Shown in pieces: positions 22,663-35,494 of a DNA stretch of 64,000 nt (position 1 is its first letter; each line of letters begins with the position of its first letter). Below the pieces are notes generated by a model that saw only the letters and a list, made by a program, of their open reading frames with translations, made no database searches and was not told the DNA's origin. Origin of the DNA: an uncultured Spirochaetota bacterium (GTDB lineage Bacteria; Spirochaetota; Brevinematia; Brevinematales; JAOACQ01); contig CAWAOD010000011.1 in assembly GCA_963783575.1 (NCBI GenBank), positions 192,001 to 256,000 on the forward strand, read 5' to 3'. The position numbers and the translations under genes were made by a program.

Positions 22663-22673
22663 GGAGCATCTGG

Positions 22674-23438
22674 ATGGAAATAATCGGCAACGAAGATGTA
22701 GAGCAATATTCCGGAAGCGGAATTGTTGTCAATAATCTTGAGAAAATTTACAAGAAAAGAAAAGTTGTCAACGGCGTCAGTTTTCATATTAAAAAGGGAG
22801 AGATTGTCGGTTTGTTAGGTCCGAACGGCGCCGGTAAAACGACTACTTTTTATATGATTGTCGGGCTTATAAAGCCCAATAATGGTAAGGTTATGCTTAA
22901 CAATGAGAATATTGCGGCTTTTCCGATGTATAAAAGGGCTCGTATGGGAATAGGCTACCTTCCCCAGGAAATGTCGATTTTCAGAAAGCTTACCGTTGAG
23001 GATAATATAAAAGCGGTTCTGGAATTGGAGGGGAAGAGCAAAGAGGATATAAACGATACCACCAACCAGCTTATGAAAGAGCTTGGCCTTGATAAAATCA
23101 AACATCAAATGGCTTATACACTTTCCGGAGGCGAGAAAAGAAGAACTGAAGTAGCCCGCATATTAGCTATCCAGCCGAATTTTCTTCTTCTTGATGAGCC
23201 ATTTACAGGGATCGACCCGATTGCTATCGCGGATATACAAAAGATCATCCTGCAGTTGAGAGATTCAAGAGGGCTGGGTATTTTAATAACAGATCATAAT
23301 GTCAGAGAAACTTTGAAAATTACCGACAGAGCGTATATTATTCATGAAGGAAAGATTTTAGTAAGCGGTACTTCGACAGACCTGATCGGTCATGAAGAGA
23401 CCCGAAGAATTTATCTCGGAAGAGATTTTACAATGTAA
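22674..23438 (+). CDS. lptB: LPS export ABC transporter ATPase
   Basis: GPNGAGKTTTFYMIVG; LSGGEKRR; LLDEPF.GIDP; ITDHNVRETL. Confidence 0.93.
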   Translation: MEIIGNEDVEQYSGSGIVVNNLEKIYKKRKVVNGVSFHIKKGEIVGLLGPNGAGKTTTFYMIVGLIKPNNGKVMLNNENIAAFPMYKRARMGIGYLPQEMSIFRKLTVEDNIKAVLELEGKSKEDINDTTNQLMKELGLDKIKHQMAYTLSGGEKRRTEVARILAIQPNFLLLDEPFTGIDPIAIADIQKIILQLRDSRGLGILITDHNVRETLKITDRAYIIHEGKILVSGTSTDLIGHEETRRIYLGRDFTM

Positions 23439-23537
23439 TTATATTAATAAATTCTGACTAAGTTTGTAAGGAATGACAAACGGCTGAATAGATACAATAA
23501 ATATTAATGAATACATTTCAAAAAAAAGAGGAGGGAT

Positions 23538-24203
23538 ATGAATCCCTATGAAGTACTTGGTGTGCCTTATGACGCAACAATTGAAGAAATAAAAGATAGA
23601 TTCCGCAGTTTATCCAAAAAATACCACCCTGATATTTCAAAAGAACCGACGGTTGATTATGTTGAAATTATCGATTCTTATAAGATTCTTGCTGACAGCA
23701 GGAAAAGAGATGAGTTCGATCTTCTTCACAGAAAGGAAATTCTTAAGAAAAAGCTTTTAAAAGAGAATCTTGAATCCAATTTGTTTATACTTCCTGTAAA
23801 CCGGATTGAATATACGTTTTCCCTGGGAAATATTCTGAAGGAAGGCATAAGAATCGGCAAATCTTATAAACACAATGATCTGATAGATCATATGGGCCAG
23901 GATATAGTTATATCTGTGAGACCGTTTGAGGTAAAAATCGGTGCTGTTGCGATTCTTGAACTTCCGGTTAAACTGCCATGCCCTGTATGCAGGGGAAGTA
24001 ATACAACCTGCTATAGATGCAAAGGAAGCGGATTTATTAAAACTATTGAAAAAATTAATTTTCTAATACCGCAAAGCGTTAAAGACAGTGAAGTAATTGA
24101 ATTTAATCCCGGTGATTATTATGCACTTTATTCAAATCAAAAAAATAATATGATTTATTTTAAATCCAGATCCATTAGATTAAGAATTGTTTTTATCGAA
24201 TAA
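23538..24203 (+). CDS. DnaJ-domain protein with partial zinc finger
   Basis: PYEVLGV, YHPD, CPVCRG...CYRCKG. Confidence 0.85.
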   Translation: MNPYEVLGVPYDATIEEIKDRFRSLSKKYHPDISKEPTVDYVEIIDSYKILADSRKRDEFDLLHRKEILKKKLLKENLESNLFILPVNRIEYTFSLGNILKEGIRIGKSYKHNDLIDHMGQDIVISVRPFEVKIGAVAILELPVKLPCPVCRGSNTTCYRCKGSGFIKTIEKINFLIPQSVKDSEVIEFNPGDYYALYSNQKNNMIYFKSRSIRLRIVFIE

Positions 24204-24284
24204 TATTATAAATTATATAAAATTTGATTATTTTCATACATAAGACGATTACCATGAAAAAAGCCTTTTGAATGATGGTTATTT

Positions 24285-25352
24285 ATGATAAAAATTGTTT
24301 CTATTCTTAACCTCCTTCTAAGTCTATTATTTGTTTTTTATAATAGTGCTCTTTCAACAAGCCCTTCAAAAATAATTGTTGAGTCTTTTAAAATATCAGA
24401 TATTGAAACTAATATGCTGTTTTATGACGCCGCAGAAAATGTCAATCACTGGCTGGCCGATAGTTTGTCATCCAACTGGAATTTGCAGATCATTCCAGGG
24501 GATTATTCGCATTATTCAAAAAGCAGTGCAGATAAAAATCCGAATAAAGATAATATTGATATTCAGAACGGCCCGATCTATGTATTAAAAGGCATGGTAT
24601 TTTATTATGATGAAGAAATTGTTGTAAATATAGTTATGACTGATATTTCTGCAAGCAACCTGGTATTCGAGGATGGCGTTTATACTTATGATCTTTCGGG
24701 AGAAAAAGGTCTTAAGTATGCCGTTGTCCAATTATCGGACAGGATTACAAAAAGGATGCATGGCGAGACCCCTGATATTTATAGAACAGATAAAGATGAA
24801 ACCGATCAGGAACCCGATAATATTAATTCCGAGGGTTCCGAGAAAAAAAGGCTTCCAGGAGTTGTCAAACAGATTTCTCTTGCAAACTTCGGGTATTTTT
24901 ATAATACCGGGGCGCAATTGGGGGTGATTCAAGCTTTCAATATTTGGTTTAAACCTGATTGGCATATCGGTATAGGAATTGGAAGCCAGCTTGCGAAACT
25001 TTATTTGAATTTTCCGGGGTATACAAATACTACAGGAACAATATTACCTATTCAGGTATATATTCCGATATATATTCAGCCTGAATATGATAAAATAAAT
25101 GATTTATCATTGTCAATAGAGTGGGCATGGTATAATCCCGGCGGTGTGAATGCTTCCGATACCAATGTGACAACGAATACAAACGTGACATATCTGATAA
25201 ATAATCCATTGAACTATGTAGATATCAGGCTGAATTATTATTTTTCCGGATTTTCATCGATTTCCGCAGGCTGTATGATTAATTATTTAAACGGAAGCTA
25301 TAATTTTTATATTGGCGGTGCTATTTATCTCGGCTATTATACCAAGGAATAA
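24285..25352 (+). CDS. Exported hypothetical protein, possible C-terminal beta-barrel
   Basis: Signal peptide; 355-aa ORF; aromatic amphipathic strands in the C-terminal half. Confidence 0.5.
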   Translation: MIKIVSILNLLLSLLFVFYNSALSTSPSKIIVESFKISDIETNMLFYDAAENVNHWLADSLSSNWNLQIIPGDYSHYSKSSADKNPNKDNIDIQNGPIYVLKGMVFYYDEEIVVNIVMTDISASNLVFEDGVYTYDLSGEKGLKYAVVQLSDRITKRMHGETPDIYRTDKDETDQEPDNINSEGSEKKRLPGVVKQISLANFGYFYNTGAQLGVIQAFNIWFKPDWHIGIGIGSQLAKLYLNFPGYTNTTGTILPIQVYIPIYIQPEYDKINDLSLSIEWAWYNPGGVNASDTNVTTNTNVTYLINNPLNYVDIRLNYYFSGFSSISAGCMINYLNGSYNFYIGGAIYLGYYTKE

Positions 25353-25432
25353 ATAAAGTATTATACTTGAGTAATTTTAGCAGTATTGTTAAAATATACA
25401 TTGATTTTTGCAATTTAATAAAGGGAGAAATT

Positions 25433-26461
25433 ATGAATATCTTTACTGTAATAAAGGACGCATTTATTAATGATCTTGCTATTGATCTTGGTACGGCCAA
25501 TACATTGATTTATGTTAAAGGTGAGGGCATTGTGCTTTCCGAACCTTCAGTAGTTGCGATACAAACAGGAACGGGTAAAGTTATGGCAGTGGGAAGGGAA
25601 GCCAAGAACATGCTTGGAAAAACACCGGGGGATATAGTAGCCATACGTCCTATGCGTGAAGGTGTTATAGCGGATTTTGAAGTTGTCGGTAAAATGATGA
25701 AATATTTCATTTCAAAAAGCCAGATACATAAAAAGTTAGTTCATCCAAGGGTTGTAATCGGTGTTCCTTCAGGGGTAACTGAAGTTGAGAGAAGAGCTGT
25801 AAGAGAAGCCGCAGAACAGGCGGGGGCGACCAAAATACACTTGATTGAAGCCCCTAAAGCAGCCGCTCTGGGCGCCAATATTCCGATAGATGAACCCGCC
25901 GGGCACATGGTTATAGATATTGGCGGCGGAACAACCGAAGTAGCGGTATTATCTCTTGGCGGTATTGTAATTAGCAATTCGATAAGGGTAGGCGGTGATA
26001 AATTCGATGAAGCGATTATGGGTCATTTAAAGAAGTATCACAACCTTATAGTCGGGGAAAAGACAGCAGAAGAATTAAAGATAAAAATTGGAAGCGCATA
26101 TCCTTTGAAAACGGTTGAAACAATGGAAATTAAAGGCCGTGATGCAATCAGCGGACTTCCCAGGATTTTAAAAATCGACAGCGTTGAAGTCCGGGAAGCT
26201 TTACAGGAAACCGTAAATAAGGTTCTGGATGCCGTCCGTCAGACTCTTGATCAGACGCCACCGGAACTTTCTTCTGATATTATCGAACGAGGAATCGTAA
26301 TGGCCGGCGGCGGATCACTACTGCGCGGCCTTTCAAAGTTTATTTCTAAAAATACCGGAGTTCCGGTCTTTCTGGCTGAAAATCCTCTTACGTGCGATGT
26401 TTTAGGCGCCGGAAAATATCTTGAGCATATTAAAAAATATGAAAACCAGTATTTTGGATAA
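25433..26461 (+). CDS. mreB: Rod shape-determining protein MreB
   Basis: [39 protein letters not shown] before ATG 25433. Confidence 0.97.
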   Translation: MNIFTVIKDAFINDLAIDLGTANTLIYVKGEGIVLSEPSVVAIQTGTGKVMAVGREAKNMLGKTPGDIVAIRPMREGVIADFEVVGKMMKYFISKSQIHKKLVHPRVVIGVPSGVTEVERRAVREAAEQAGATKIHLIEAPKAAALGANIPIDEPAGHMVIDIGGGTTEVAVLSLGGIVISNSIRVGGDKFDEAIMGHLKKYHNLIVGEKTAEELKIKIGSAYPLKTVETMEIKGRDAISGLPRILKIDSVEVREALQETVNKVLDAVRQTLDQTPPELSSDIIERGIVMAGGGSLLRGLSKFISKNTGVPVFLAENPLTCDVLGAGKYLEHIKKYENQYFG

Positions 26462-26476
26462 TAATCGAGCTGATTA

Positions 26477-27358
26477 ATGCAAAACCTATTCCTTTATAAA
26501 AATAAATCGTTTGTTGCTCTTATTTTGTTTTTAGTGGTGTCATTATCTCTGATGTTTTTTAATGTCCGCTTTCCCACATTTAATATCAGGTCTATTTTTT
26601 TCTTTTTAACATATCCGATTCAGTATTCAGTATCATCGGTAGGTAGTTTTTTTGTAAATTCGGCGACAAGCATCTCAAAGATCCAGCAGTTGGAAAACGA
26701 ACTGAAATTTACAAAAGAGAGGCTTATCAAATACCAGGAAGCGCTCCTTTTATCTTCTCAAATAAATAAAGAAAATGAAGAATTGAGAAATGCGCTTAGT
26801 ATGAAATCCAGGATCAACCAGATTACCAGATATGCCAGGATTATATTCAGGGATCCAAGTTTAACGGGAGATTATTTTATAATTGATAAGGGAGTTTTTG
26901 ATGGCATCAAGCAGAATATGCCTGCAGTCTCGTATAATTCCGATGGCAAAATATATTTAGTGGGAAGGATTTCCGAAGCGAATGTTTCCGCTTCAAAAGT
27001 TAAACTTATAACTGCCGCCGATTCTTATGTCGGTGTTACATTAAAAAATAGCGGATATGTGGGTATACTGAAGGGTAACGGTTCCTGGAACCAGAATACG
27101 GATGTTGAATATATTCCGTTTGAAGCAAATGTAGAAGTTGGAGAGGAAGTGGTTACTTCCGGGGAAAGTGATATATTTCCGGCAGGAATTTTAATCGGTA
27201 ATATTATTGCTATTGATACCGGTTCAACTGAAGATTTCTTTAAAAAGCTTTATGTCAAACCGGAATATAAATATAATAAAATCAATGATGTTTTTATTAT
27301 TGAATGGAAACCCGGTATTGAAATAAAAGATTTGATAGAAAACGCGGAAGATCATTAA
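26477..27358 (+). CDS. mreC: Rod shape-determining protein MreC
   Basis: N-terminal TM, coiled coil ENEELR, IDKG..DGI, VVTSG...FPAG; follows mreB. Confidence 0.93.
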   Translation: MQNLFLYKNKSFVALILFLVVSLSLMFFNVRFPTFNIRSIFFFLTYPIQYSVSSVGSFFVNSATSISKIQQLENELKFTKERLIKYQEALLLSSQINKENEELRNALSMKSRINQITRYARIIFRDPSLTGDYFIIDKGVFDGIKQNMPAVSYNSDGKIYLVGRISEANVSASKVKLITAADSYVGVTLKNSGYVGILKGNGSWNQNTDVEYIPFEANVEVGEEVVTSGESDIFPAGILIGNIIAIDTGSTEDFFKKLYVKPEYKYNKINDVFIIEWKPGIEIKDLIENAEDH

Positions 27359-27359
27359 T

Positions 27360-27860
27360 ATGAAAAACAAGATTTTACGAAATGTAATTTATGGAATATT
27401 TGTCTTTATTTTTATGGCTTTACAGTCTTCGAACGTTATGGCAATATTTGATATCAACCCGGATTTTCTTTTGATTATTATTATTCTTCATAGCTTAAAT
27501 TATGGCGAATATAAAGGTGTTTGGTTCGGTTTTATAATAGGACTTCTTGAAGATGCTTTATCCGGAACATTATTTGGCTTGAATGCTTTTATTTTCACAC
27601 TTATCAGCTGGCTGACCGGCGTTTATAAAAGATATATTTTTATTTCAGATATCGTTGCTTTCATAATTTATATTATTTTAGCAACAATAATAAAATATAT
27701 TTTTTATATTTTATTTTACTGGATATTTAAAAAGTCAGGACTCCTGGACTGGTATATTTTATTGAAAATGGCAGGAGAGATCGGTTATAATGTTATTATA
27801 GGAATAGTTTTCTTCTATCTGGCGCCCTTTGTATACAAAAGAGAAGAAACCACATTTTAA
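27360..27860 (+). CDS. mreD: Rod shape-determining protein MreD
   Basis: Hydrophobic; PDFLLI, GFIIGLLED, G.FGLNA; follows mreC. Confidence 0.9.
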   Translation: MKNKILRNVIYGIFVFIFMALQSSNVMAIFDINPDFLLIIIILHSLNYGEYKGVWFGFIIGLLEDALSGTLFGLNAFIFTLISWLTGVYKRYIFISDIVAFIIYIILATIIKYIFYILFYWIFKKSGLLDWYILLKMAGEIGYNVIIGIVFFYLAPFVYKREETTF

Positions 27861-28019
27861 TATTATTTTATACTTTTTTCCCTTTAATTTTCTTAAGTAA
27901 AAATGTTTTCTTTTCGTTAGAACCTTTCACTTGTTTGATCTTTTCTTGGTTCTTTATTAGTATTAGTTGTTGGGGAAGGAATTCTCTAACTAAAATATCG
28001 TAGTTGTTTAGAGGTAAAT

Positions 28020-29849
28020 ATGTTAAAAGCTTTTATGAATCTAAGAATTCAATTTAGGCTTTTGATGCTTCTGATTCCGTTTATTATCGGGTTTCTGATT
28101 TTCGCTGTTTCGCTTTTTCAAGTTATGAATACAGTGAAAGTCAATGGCCCTGTTTATGAAAAAATCGCCCAGGGAAAGGATCTGATGGCCGATATTCTGC
28201 CTCCTCCGGAATTTATTATCGAACCATATTTGTCAGTTTTAGAAATTGAAGCGGATAATGATCCGGAAAAAATACAATATTTCGTGGATAATGAAAGACA
28301 CTACCGGAAAGTTTATGAAGATAATCACAAGTTCTGGGAAAAGAACCTTCCGGAAGGGACGATTAAAACAATTTTAATCAGGGATTCCTTCCAACAAGCG
28401 GAAGATTTTTTTGATATCCTGGAGAAGAAGGTTATTCCATTGATTCAGGCCGGTGATAAAGAAAATGCCCACTTATTCATCTCGGGAATACTCAAGTCGA
28501 AATATCTGGCGCACTGGGCAAAGATCAATCAGGTGATTACTCTGTTATCCACCGAAAGTAAAAAGATTGAAACTGAAGCCGCCGATTATGTATCCGGAAA
28601 CACTGTCAGGATGATTCTGACCGGGGGGATTATTTTTGTTTTTGTGATAGCCTTTTCTTTCTTAATCGCTTGGACCATCATAAGCCCGCTGCGGAAATTA
28701 ACCAATGCATTACCAGCCATTACCGGCGGGGATTTTACAAAAAAAATCGAAATCCATTCCAGGGATGAGACCGGAATTCTGTCGGAAGCTTTCAATAAAC
28801 TGCTGGTCCAGCTGAACGGGGATTTAATCCGGGTGGAAAAGTCATCGGAAAAAATCCAGGAGACCTCCGGCCAATCCACAGAGATTGTAAACCAAAGCGT
28901 AAAACTTATTGAAGCTGTCGGATCGAATGTCCGGGACATAGAAATCCATGTAGACAGGTCAACTTCCGGAGTCGAAGTATTAATGAGTACCCTTGAAGAA
29001 ATTTCCAGGAATATAGATGAGATAACGGCCAATATGATCCGCCAGTCCTCCTCGGTCGAAGAGGAGGCGAGTTCCATTGAGGAAATGGTTCGGAATATCC
29101 AAAAAACGGCTTCCATGTCTAACAAAAGCCATGAAATATCGAACAGCCTGAATCAGCTGGCACTGGAAGGAGGAACAGCCGTGAAAAATTCCGTACTTTC
29201 AATTAAAGAGGCGGCTGAGAATTCCAACCGGATCCTGGAACTTCTCAAAATCATCACAAATATTGCCGAACAAACCAATATGCTGGCAATGAACGCGGCA
29301 ATAGAATCCGCTCATGCAGGTGAAGCCGGTAAAGGCTTCTCAATAGTGGCTTCCGAGATACGAACACTCTCCGAAGATACCAATAAAAATACCAAAGACA
29401 TCAACGATGCGGTTCATTCTATTCTTTCCAGAATTGATGAATCGGTTAAGCTCGCGGAAAAAGCGGGTTCCGGCCTGGAGTCCATTATTGATTACTCCCG
29501 GCAGAATGAAGAGATTGTAAAACAGCTTAATATCGCAATGGTGGAACAGGATAATGGGTCGAAAGATATTTTAAGAGCCACGGAGGAACTGGTCAGGATA
29601 ACGGAAGAAGTAAAGCTGGCGATGGCTGAACAGAAGAAAGCGACTTCCGAATTTGCGGGATCGCTCCGGGAAATCCGGGACCAGACTCTTTCCAACCGGG
29701 GAAGCATTAAAGAGCATGTCGAAAATCTGCATAATCTTCTGTCCGTGATGGAAAAATCCAAAGAACTCATTGAAGAGAATAAAAATCAGGCCAATGTTCT
29801 TAGGGGGCTGGTCGACAAATTCATGCTGGAGGATAAAGGAACGGTTTAA
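28020..29849 (+). CDS. Methyl-accepting chemotaxis protein
   Basis: Two TMs, HAMP (GDFT...DETG.L..AFN), signalling IAEQTNMLAMNAAIESAHAGEAGKGFSIVASEIR. Confidence 0.95.
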   Translation: MLKAFMNLRIQFRLLMLLIPFIIGFLIFAVSLFQVMNTVKVNGPVYEKIAQGKDLMADILPPPEFIIEPYLSVLEIEADNDPEKIQYFVDNERHYRKVYEDNHKFWEKNLPEGTIKTILIRDSFQQAEDFFDILEKKVIPLIQAGDKENAHLFISGILKSKYLAHWAKINQVITLLSTESKKIETEAADYVSGNTVRMILTGGIIFVFVIAFSFLIAWTIISPLRKLTNALPAITGGDFTKKIEIHSRDETGILSEAFNKLLVQLNGDLIRVEKSSEKIQETSGQSTEIVNQSVKLIEAVGSNVRDIEIHVDRSTSGVEVLMSTLEEISRNIDEITANMIRQSSSVEEEASSIEEMVRNIQKTASMSNKSHEISNSLNQLALEGGTAVKNSVLSIKEAAENSNRILELLKIITNIAEQTNMLAMNAAIESAHAGEAGKGFSIVASEIRTLSEDTNKNTKDINDAVHSILSRIDESVKLAEKAGSGLESIIDYSRQNEEIVKQLNIAMVEQDNGSKDILRATEELVRITEEVKLAMAEQKKATSEFAGSLREIRDQTLSNRGSIKEHVENLHNLLSVMEKSKELIEENKNQANVLRGLVDKFMLEDKGTV

Positions 29850-29936
29850 TTCCACTTAATTTTATAACCATCCCAATTTAATTATAAAAAACGAAGTGCG
29901 GATATCATACTAATTAAGGACAAAAAGCGAATCCGC

Positions 29937-30149
29937 TTATAACAATTGAAGCGGTTGAATGTTGAAATTAAAAAAATAGCTTATGTGTGTTAATTCCTGA
30001 GGCCGTATTCCCATGACTTCGGCTTTTGTAGTTGGTTCGGGTATAGGTATACCGCCTTCAGCCAGGCTTTCGATGTGAAATTCTATTACCTCATAAATCA
30101 GCTGTGCCGGAATTGTCTGTGGCTTCCTTTTTGTCTTATTTGCTGCCAT
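29937..30149 (-). pseudogene. Partial HicB-like antitoxin remnant
   Basis: IYEVIEFHIESLAEGGIPIPEP matches the HicB C-terminal helix; HicB N-terminal strands and hicA are absent. Confidence 0.55.
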
Positions 30150-30343
30150 CCATCCGACTGTAGCATACCTGATAAAAGCTGTCCGGATAGGGCAGGCTTT
30201 ATTTTTTGTACAATATTTGTACTTTATTTTATAATCTATAAGAATAATTAAGCAAAAAAGTAATACCGCTAAAATTATTGGCGCATAAAAGAAACAGCTA
30301 TTTTGTTTATTTGATATGTAATATTGGTATATAGAATTAACCA

Positions 30344-30417
30344 GCGCCTATAGCTCAGCTGGATAGAGCGTCGGCCTCCGGAGCCGAAAGTCAGAGGTTC
30401 GAATCCTCCTAGGCGCG
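30344..30417 (+). tRNA. tRNA-Arg(CCG)
   Basis: GCGCCTA/TAGGCGC acceptor; TCGGC-CT-CCG-GA-GCCGA anticodon arm; GGTTCGAATCC. Confidence 0.95.
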
Positions 30418-30458
30418 AATTAAACAGCGGCGGGATGATGATCCGCCGCTGAAAATTT

Positions 30459-32341
30459 ATGAATAATATGCAAAAAAAGAATAAATTGATTGAACTCCTT
30501 GCTCCGGCAAAAGATCTGGAATGCGCGATTGCCGCAATTGAATGCGGCGCTGATGCCGTTTATATGGGCGCCCCGAAATTCGGAGCCAGGATTGCCGCAG
30601 GCAACAGTGTTTCGGATATAGAAAAATCCGCAGCGTTTGCTCATGGATTCCGTTCAAAATTATATATCGCATTGAATACAATATTATTTGATAATGAGCT
30701 TCCTGAAACTGAAAAAATAATCCGGGATCTATATAACGCGGGGATTGATGGTCTCATCATCCAGGATTTGGGTTTGCTGGAGCTGGATATCCCCCCGGTT
30801 CCTCTAATCGCCAGTACACAAATGAATAATTCAACCCCGGAAAAAGTAAAATTTTTGGAAGAAACAGGGTTTTCCCGTGTAATTCTGGCAAGGGAACTAT
30901 CATTAAACCAGATCAGGGAAATTTCTGAAAAAACCGGTATCGAGCTTGAGTTTTTTGTACATGGTGCGCTTTGTGTTAGCTACAGCGGGCAGTGTTACTT
31001 AAGCTATGCTAATGAAGGAAGGAGCGGAAACCGGGGCGAATGCGCTCAACCCTGCCGTATGTCTTATAATTTAATGGATTCAAATAACAATATAATTGTT
31101 AAAGAGAAGCATTTATTATCCCTCAAGGATTTAAACCTTTCAAATGAACTGGAAAATTTAATCAATTCAGGTATAACAAGCTTCAAAATCGAAGGCAGGC
31201 TCAAGGATACCGGGTATGTTAAAAATGTAGTCGTTTTTACAGGCAGAAACTGGATAAAATTTTGGATGGTTCTGGTGCCGTAAAATCTTCCAGTGGAAAA
31301 ATCAGTTTCTTTTTTGTACCGGATCTTTTCAAAACCTTTAACAGGGGTTACACGGATTATTTTTTGAATGAAAGAAAAATCGATTCTGCATCAATATATA
31401 CTCAAAAATCTACCGGCGAACCCATGGGTATTGTAAAATTTATTGGTAATGATTATTTTATTATGGATTACGAAAACAGGAATAATGATAATCTCTTATC
31501 GAACGGCGATGGAATCTGCTTCTTTGATAAAGACTGGAAACTTTGCGGTATGAATATAGACCGTGTTGAAGGAGAGAAGATTTTTCCGCATGATATCAGG
31601 TGGATAAATCCCGGATTATATATATACCGTAATTATAATCACAAATTTATGAAAATGCTGAAGGGCTCCGCGGCAGAAAGAAAAATCCTGATTGATATGG
31701 AATTCACGGAAGCCTTAAATGGATTTAATTTAGGAATTACCGACGAGGATGAAATTAAAATTAAATATAATATGGCATATGAAAAAATCCCGGCGAAAAA
31801 TTCAGAACAAACCTTGAAAACAATTCAAAAACAGTTGTTAAAATTGGGCAATACGATTTATGTTTGCAGAAATTTAGTAATAAATCTGCCTGTTAATTAT
31901 TTTCTGCCGGTTGGAATTTTAAACGAAATCAGGCGTATCGCGATACAAAAGCTGGATTTTGAAAGGGCAAAACAATTTTTTAGAGAATCAATAAAAATTG
32001 AGAAGAATAATTTTCCATATACGGAAAAGCATATTGATTATTCCGGGAATGTGCTTAATAGAGCGGCTGAGGCTTTTTACAGGCGTCATGGCGTGGAAAA
32101 AACCGAGCCGGCCGCCGAGAGCGGTATTAATATGATCGGTAAAAGGGTTATGGTTACAAAGTATTGCATTAAATTTCAATTGGGCTTATGTGCAAATAAA
32201 CCGGTTAAAAAAGATGATTTAACTAAAGAAAAACCGATTTTATTAAAGACAATTAAAGAACCTCTGTTTTTATCAAACGGCAGACATAGTTTTCGCCTTG
32301 TTTTTAACTGTAATCAATGTAATATGGAAATTTATTTCTAA
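30459..32341 (+). CDS. rlhA: U32-family Fe-S protein (RlhA-like rRNA hydroxylation); frameshift at ~31235
   Basis: ELLAPA, GADAVY.G, FVHGALCVSYSGQC, SGNRGECAQPCR, SFKIEGR. Adding one T in the run at ~31234-31238 joins the C-terminal ORF (FNRGYT...M.TKYC). Confidence 0.8.
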
Positions 32342-32407
32342 TATCCGGTTTTAAACTTTTTTGATATAATTTAAAAGACCTTTTAAAATATATTAACAAT
32401 ATATCCA

Positions 32408-32481
32408 GCGCTCATAGCTCAGATGGATAGAGCATCAGATTGCGGATCTGGGGGCCGGAGGTTCGACTCCTCCTGGGCGCA
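32408..32481 (+). tRNA. tRNA-Arg(GCG)
   Basis: GCGCTCA/TGGGCGC acceptor; TCAGA-TT-GCG-GA-TCTGG; GGTTCGACTCC. Confidence 0.93.
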
Positions 32482-32492
32482 AATATTAGTAT

Positions 32493-32579
32493 GGAGAGGT
32501 GCCAGAGTGGTCGATCGGGTCTGACTCGAAATCAGATGTGCACGTGAGTGCACCGGGGGTTCGAATCCCTTCCTCTCCG
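32493..32579 (+). tRNA. tRNA-Ser(CGA)
   Basis: GGAGAGG/CCTCTCC acceptor; TCTGA-CT-CGA-AA-TCAGA; long variable arm; GGTTCGAATCC. Confidence 0.95.
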
Positions 32580-32749
32580 AATAATAAAAGCAAATCTATA
32601 AAATAAGTTCACGCAAGTGACCCCAAGAGAACTTAAATAAACGGAGTAGGGATTCGACAAACCATCGAAGATGGTACGTATCCCTTCCTCTCCGATAATA
32701 ATAAGTTAATCTAAAAATAAATCCACGCAAGTGACCCCGAAAGTACTTA
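32565..32749 (+). repeat. tRNA-linked tandem repeat, 115-bp period (about 1.6 copies)
   Basis: ATCCCTTCCTCTCCGA at 32565 and 32680, each followed by ...AATCTA...CACGCAAGTGACCCC. Confidence 0.85.
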
Positions 32750-33076
32750 TCAGCCTCCTCTCTACCCGGCCGATTAGTTGGTTTTTCGAAAAGTTATTCA
32801 TATAGTTAGCTGCCTTATGGAAAAAGTTTCAGGTAATAATGTTTTCTTATTGCATAGGTTTGATGTCACAAATTGTGACCTCTATACAAAAGCATCATTT
32901 TTGATTGACTTTTTATATATAATCTATATATATTCTAATTAAATGAAGAGCAATATTATGAAGTATTGGATCAATGCCGTATAAAAAAATCATGTGATAA
33001 TTGGTAAGAAAAATGAAATAGTTCAAGCTAATCTCAAGAAACGCGCTTGATCAAGTGAAACAAAAGTTAGCAATAA

Positions 33077-35299
<2,223 letters not shown>

Positions 35300-35494
35300 C
35301 ATCAATTTATTAGACCTGTCCTTTTTTCAGTATATGCATAGCCTCGATCCTATTAATGTTTTGCAATTATCAGATTTGAAAATGTAGAAAAAATGTTGTA
35401 TAATTGTTTTGTCAGGTGCAGCATGCCAAACTGGTAGAACGATGCTCATCATCAGCGGAAGAAAATGATAAAATGTTAAGCCTTGGGAGCTAAT

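Noticed and set aside
32565..32749. Possible CRISPR array
   Set aside because: Only two units, the intervening sequence is itself repeated, the repeat equals the tRNA 3' end, and no cas genes are present
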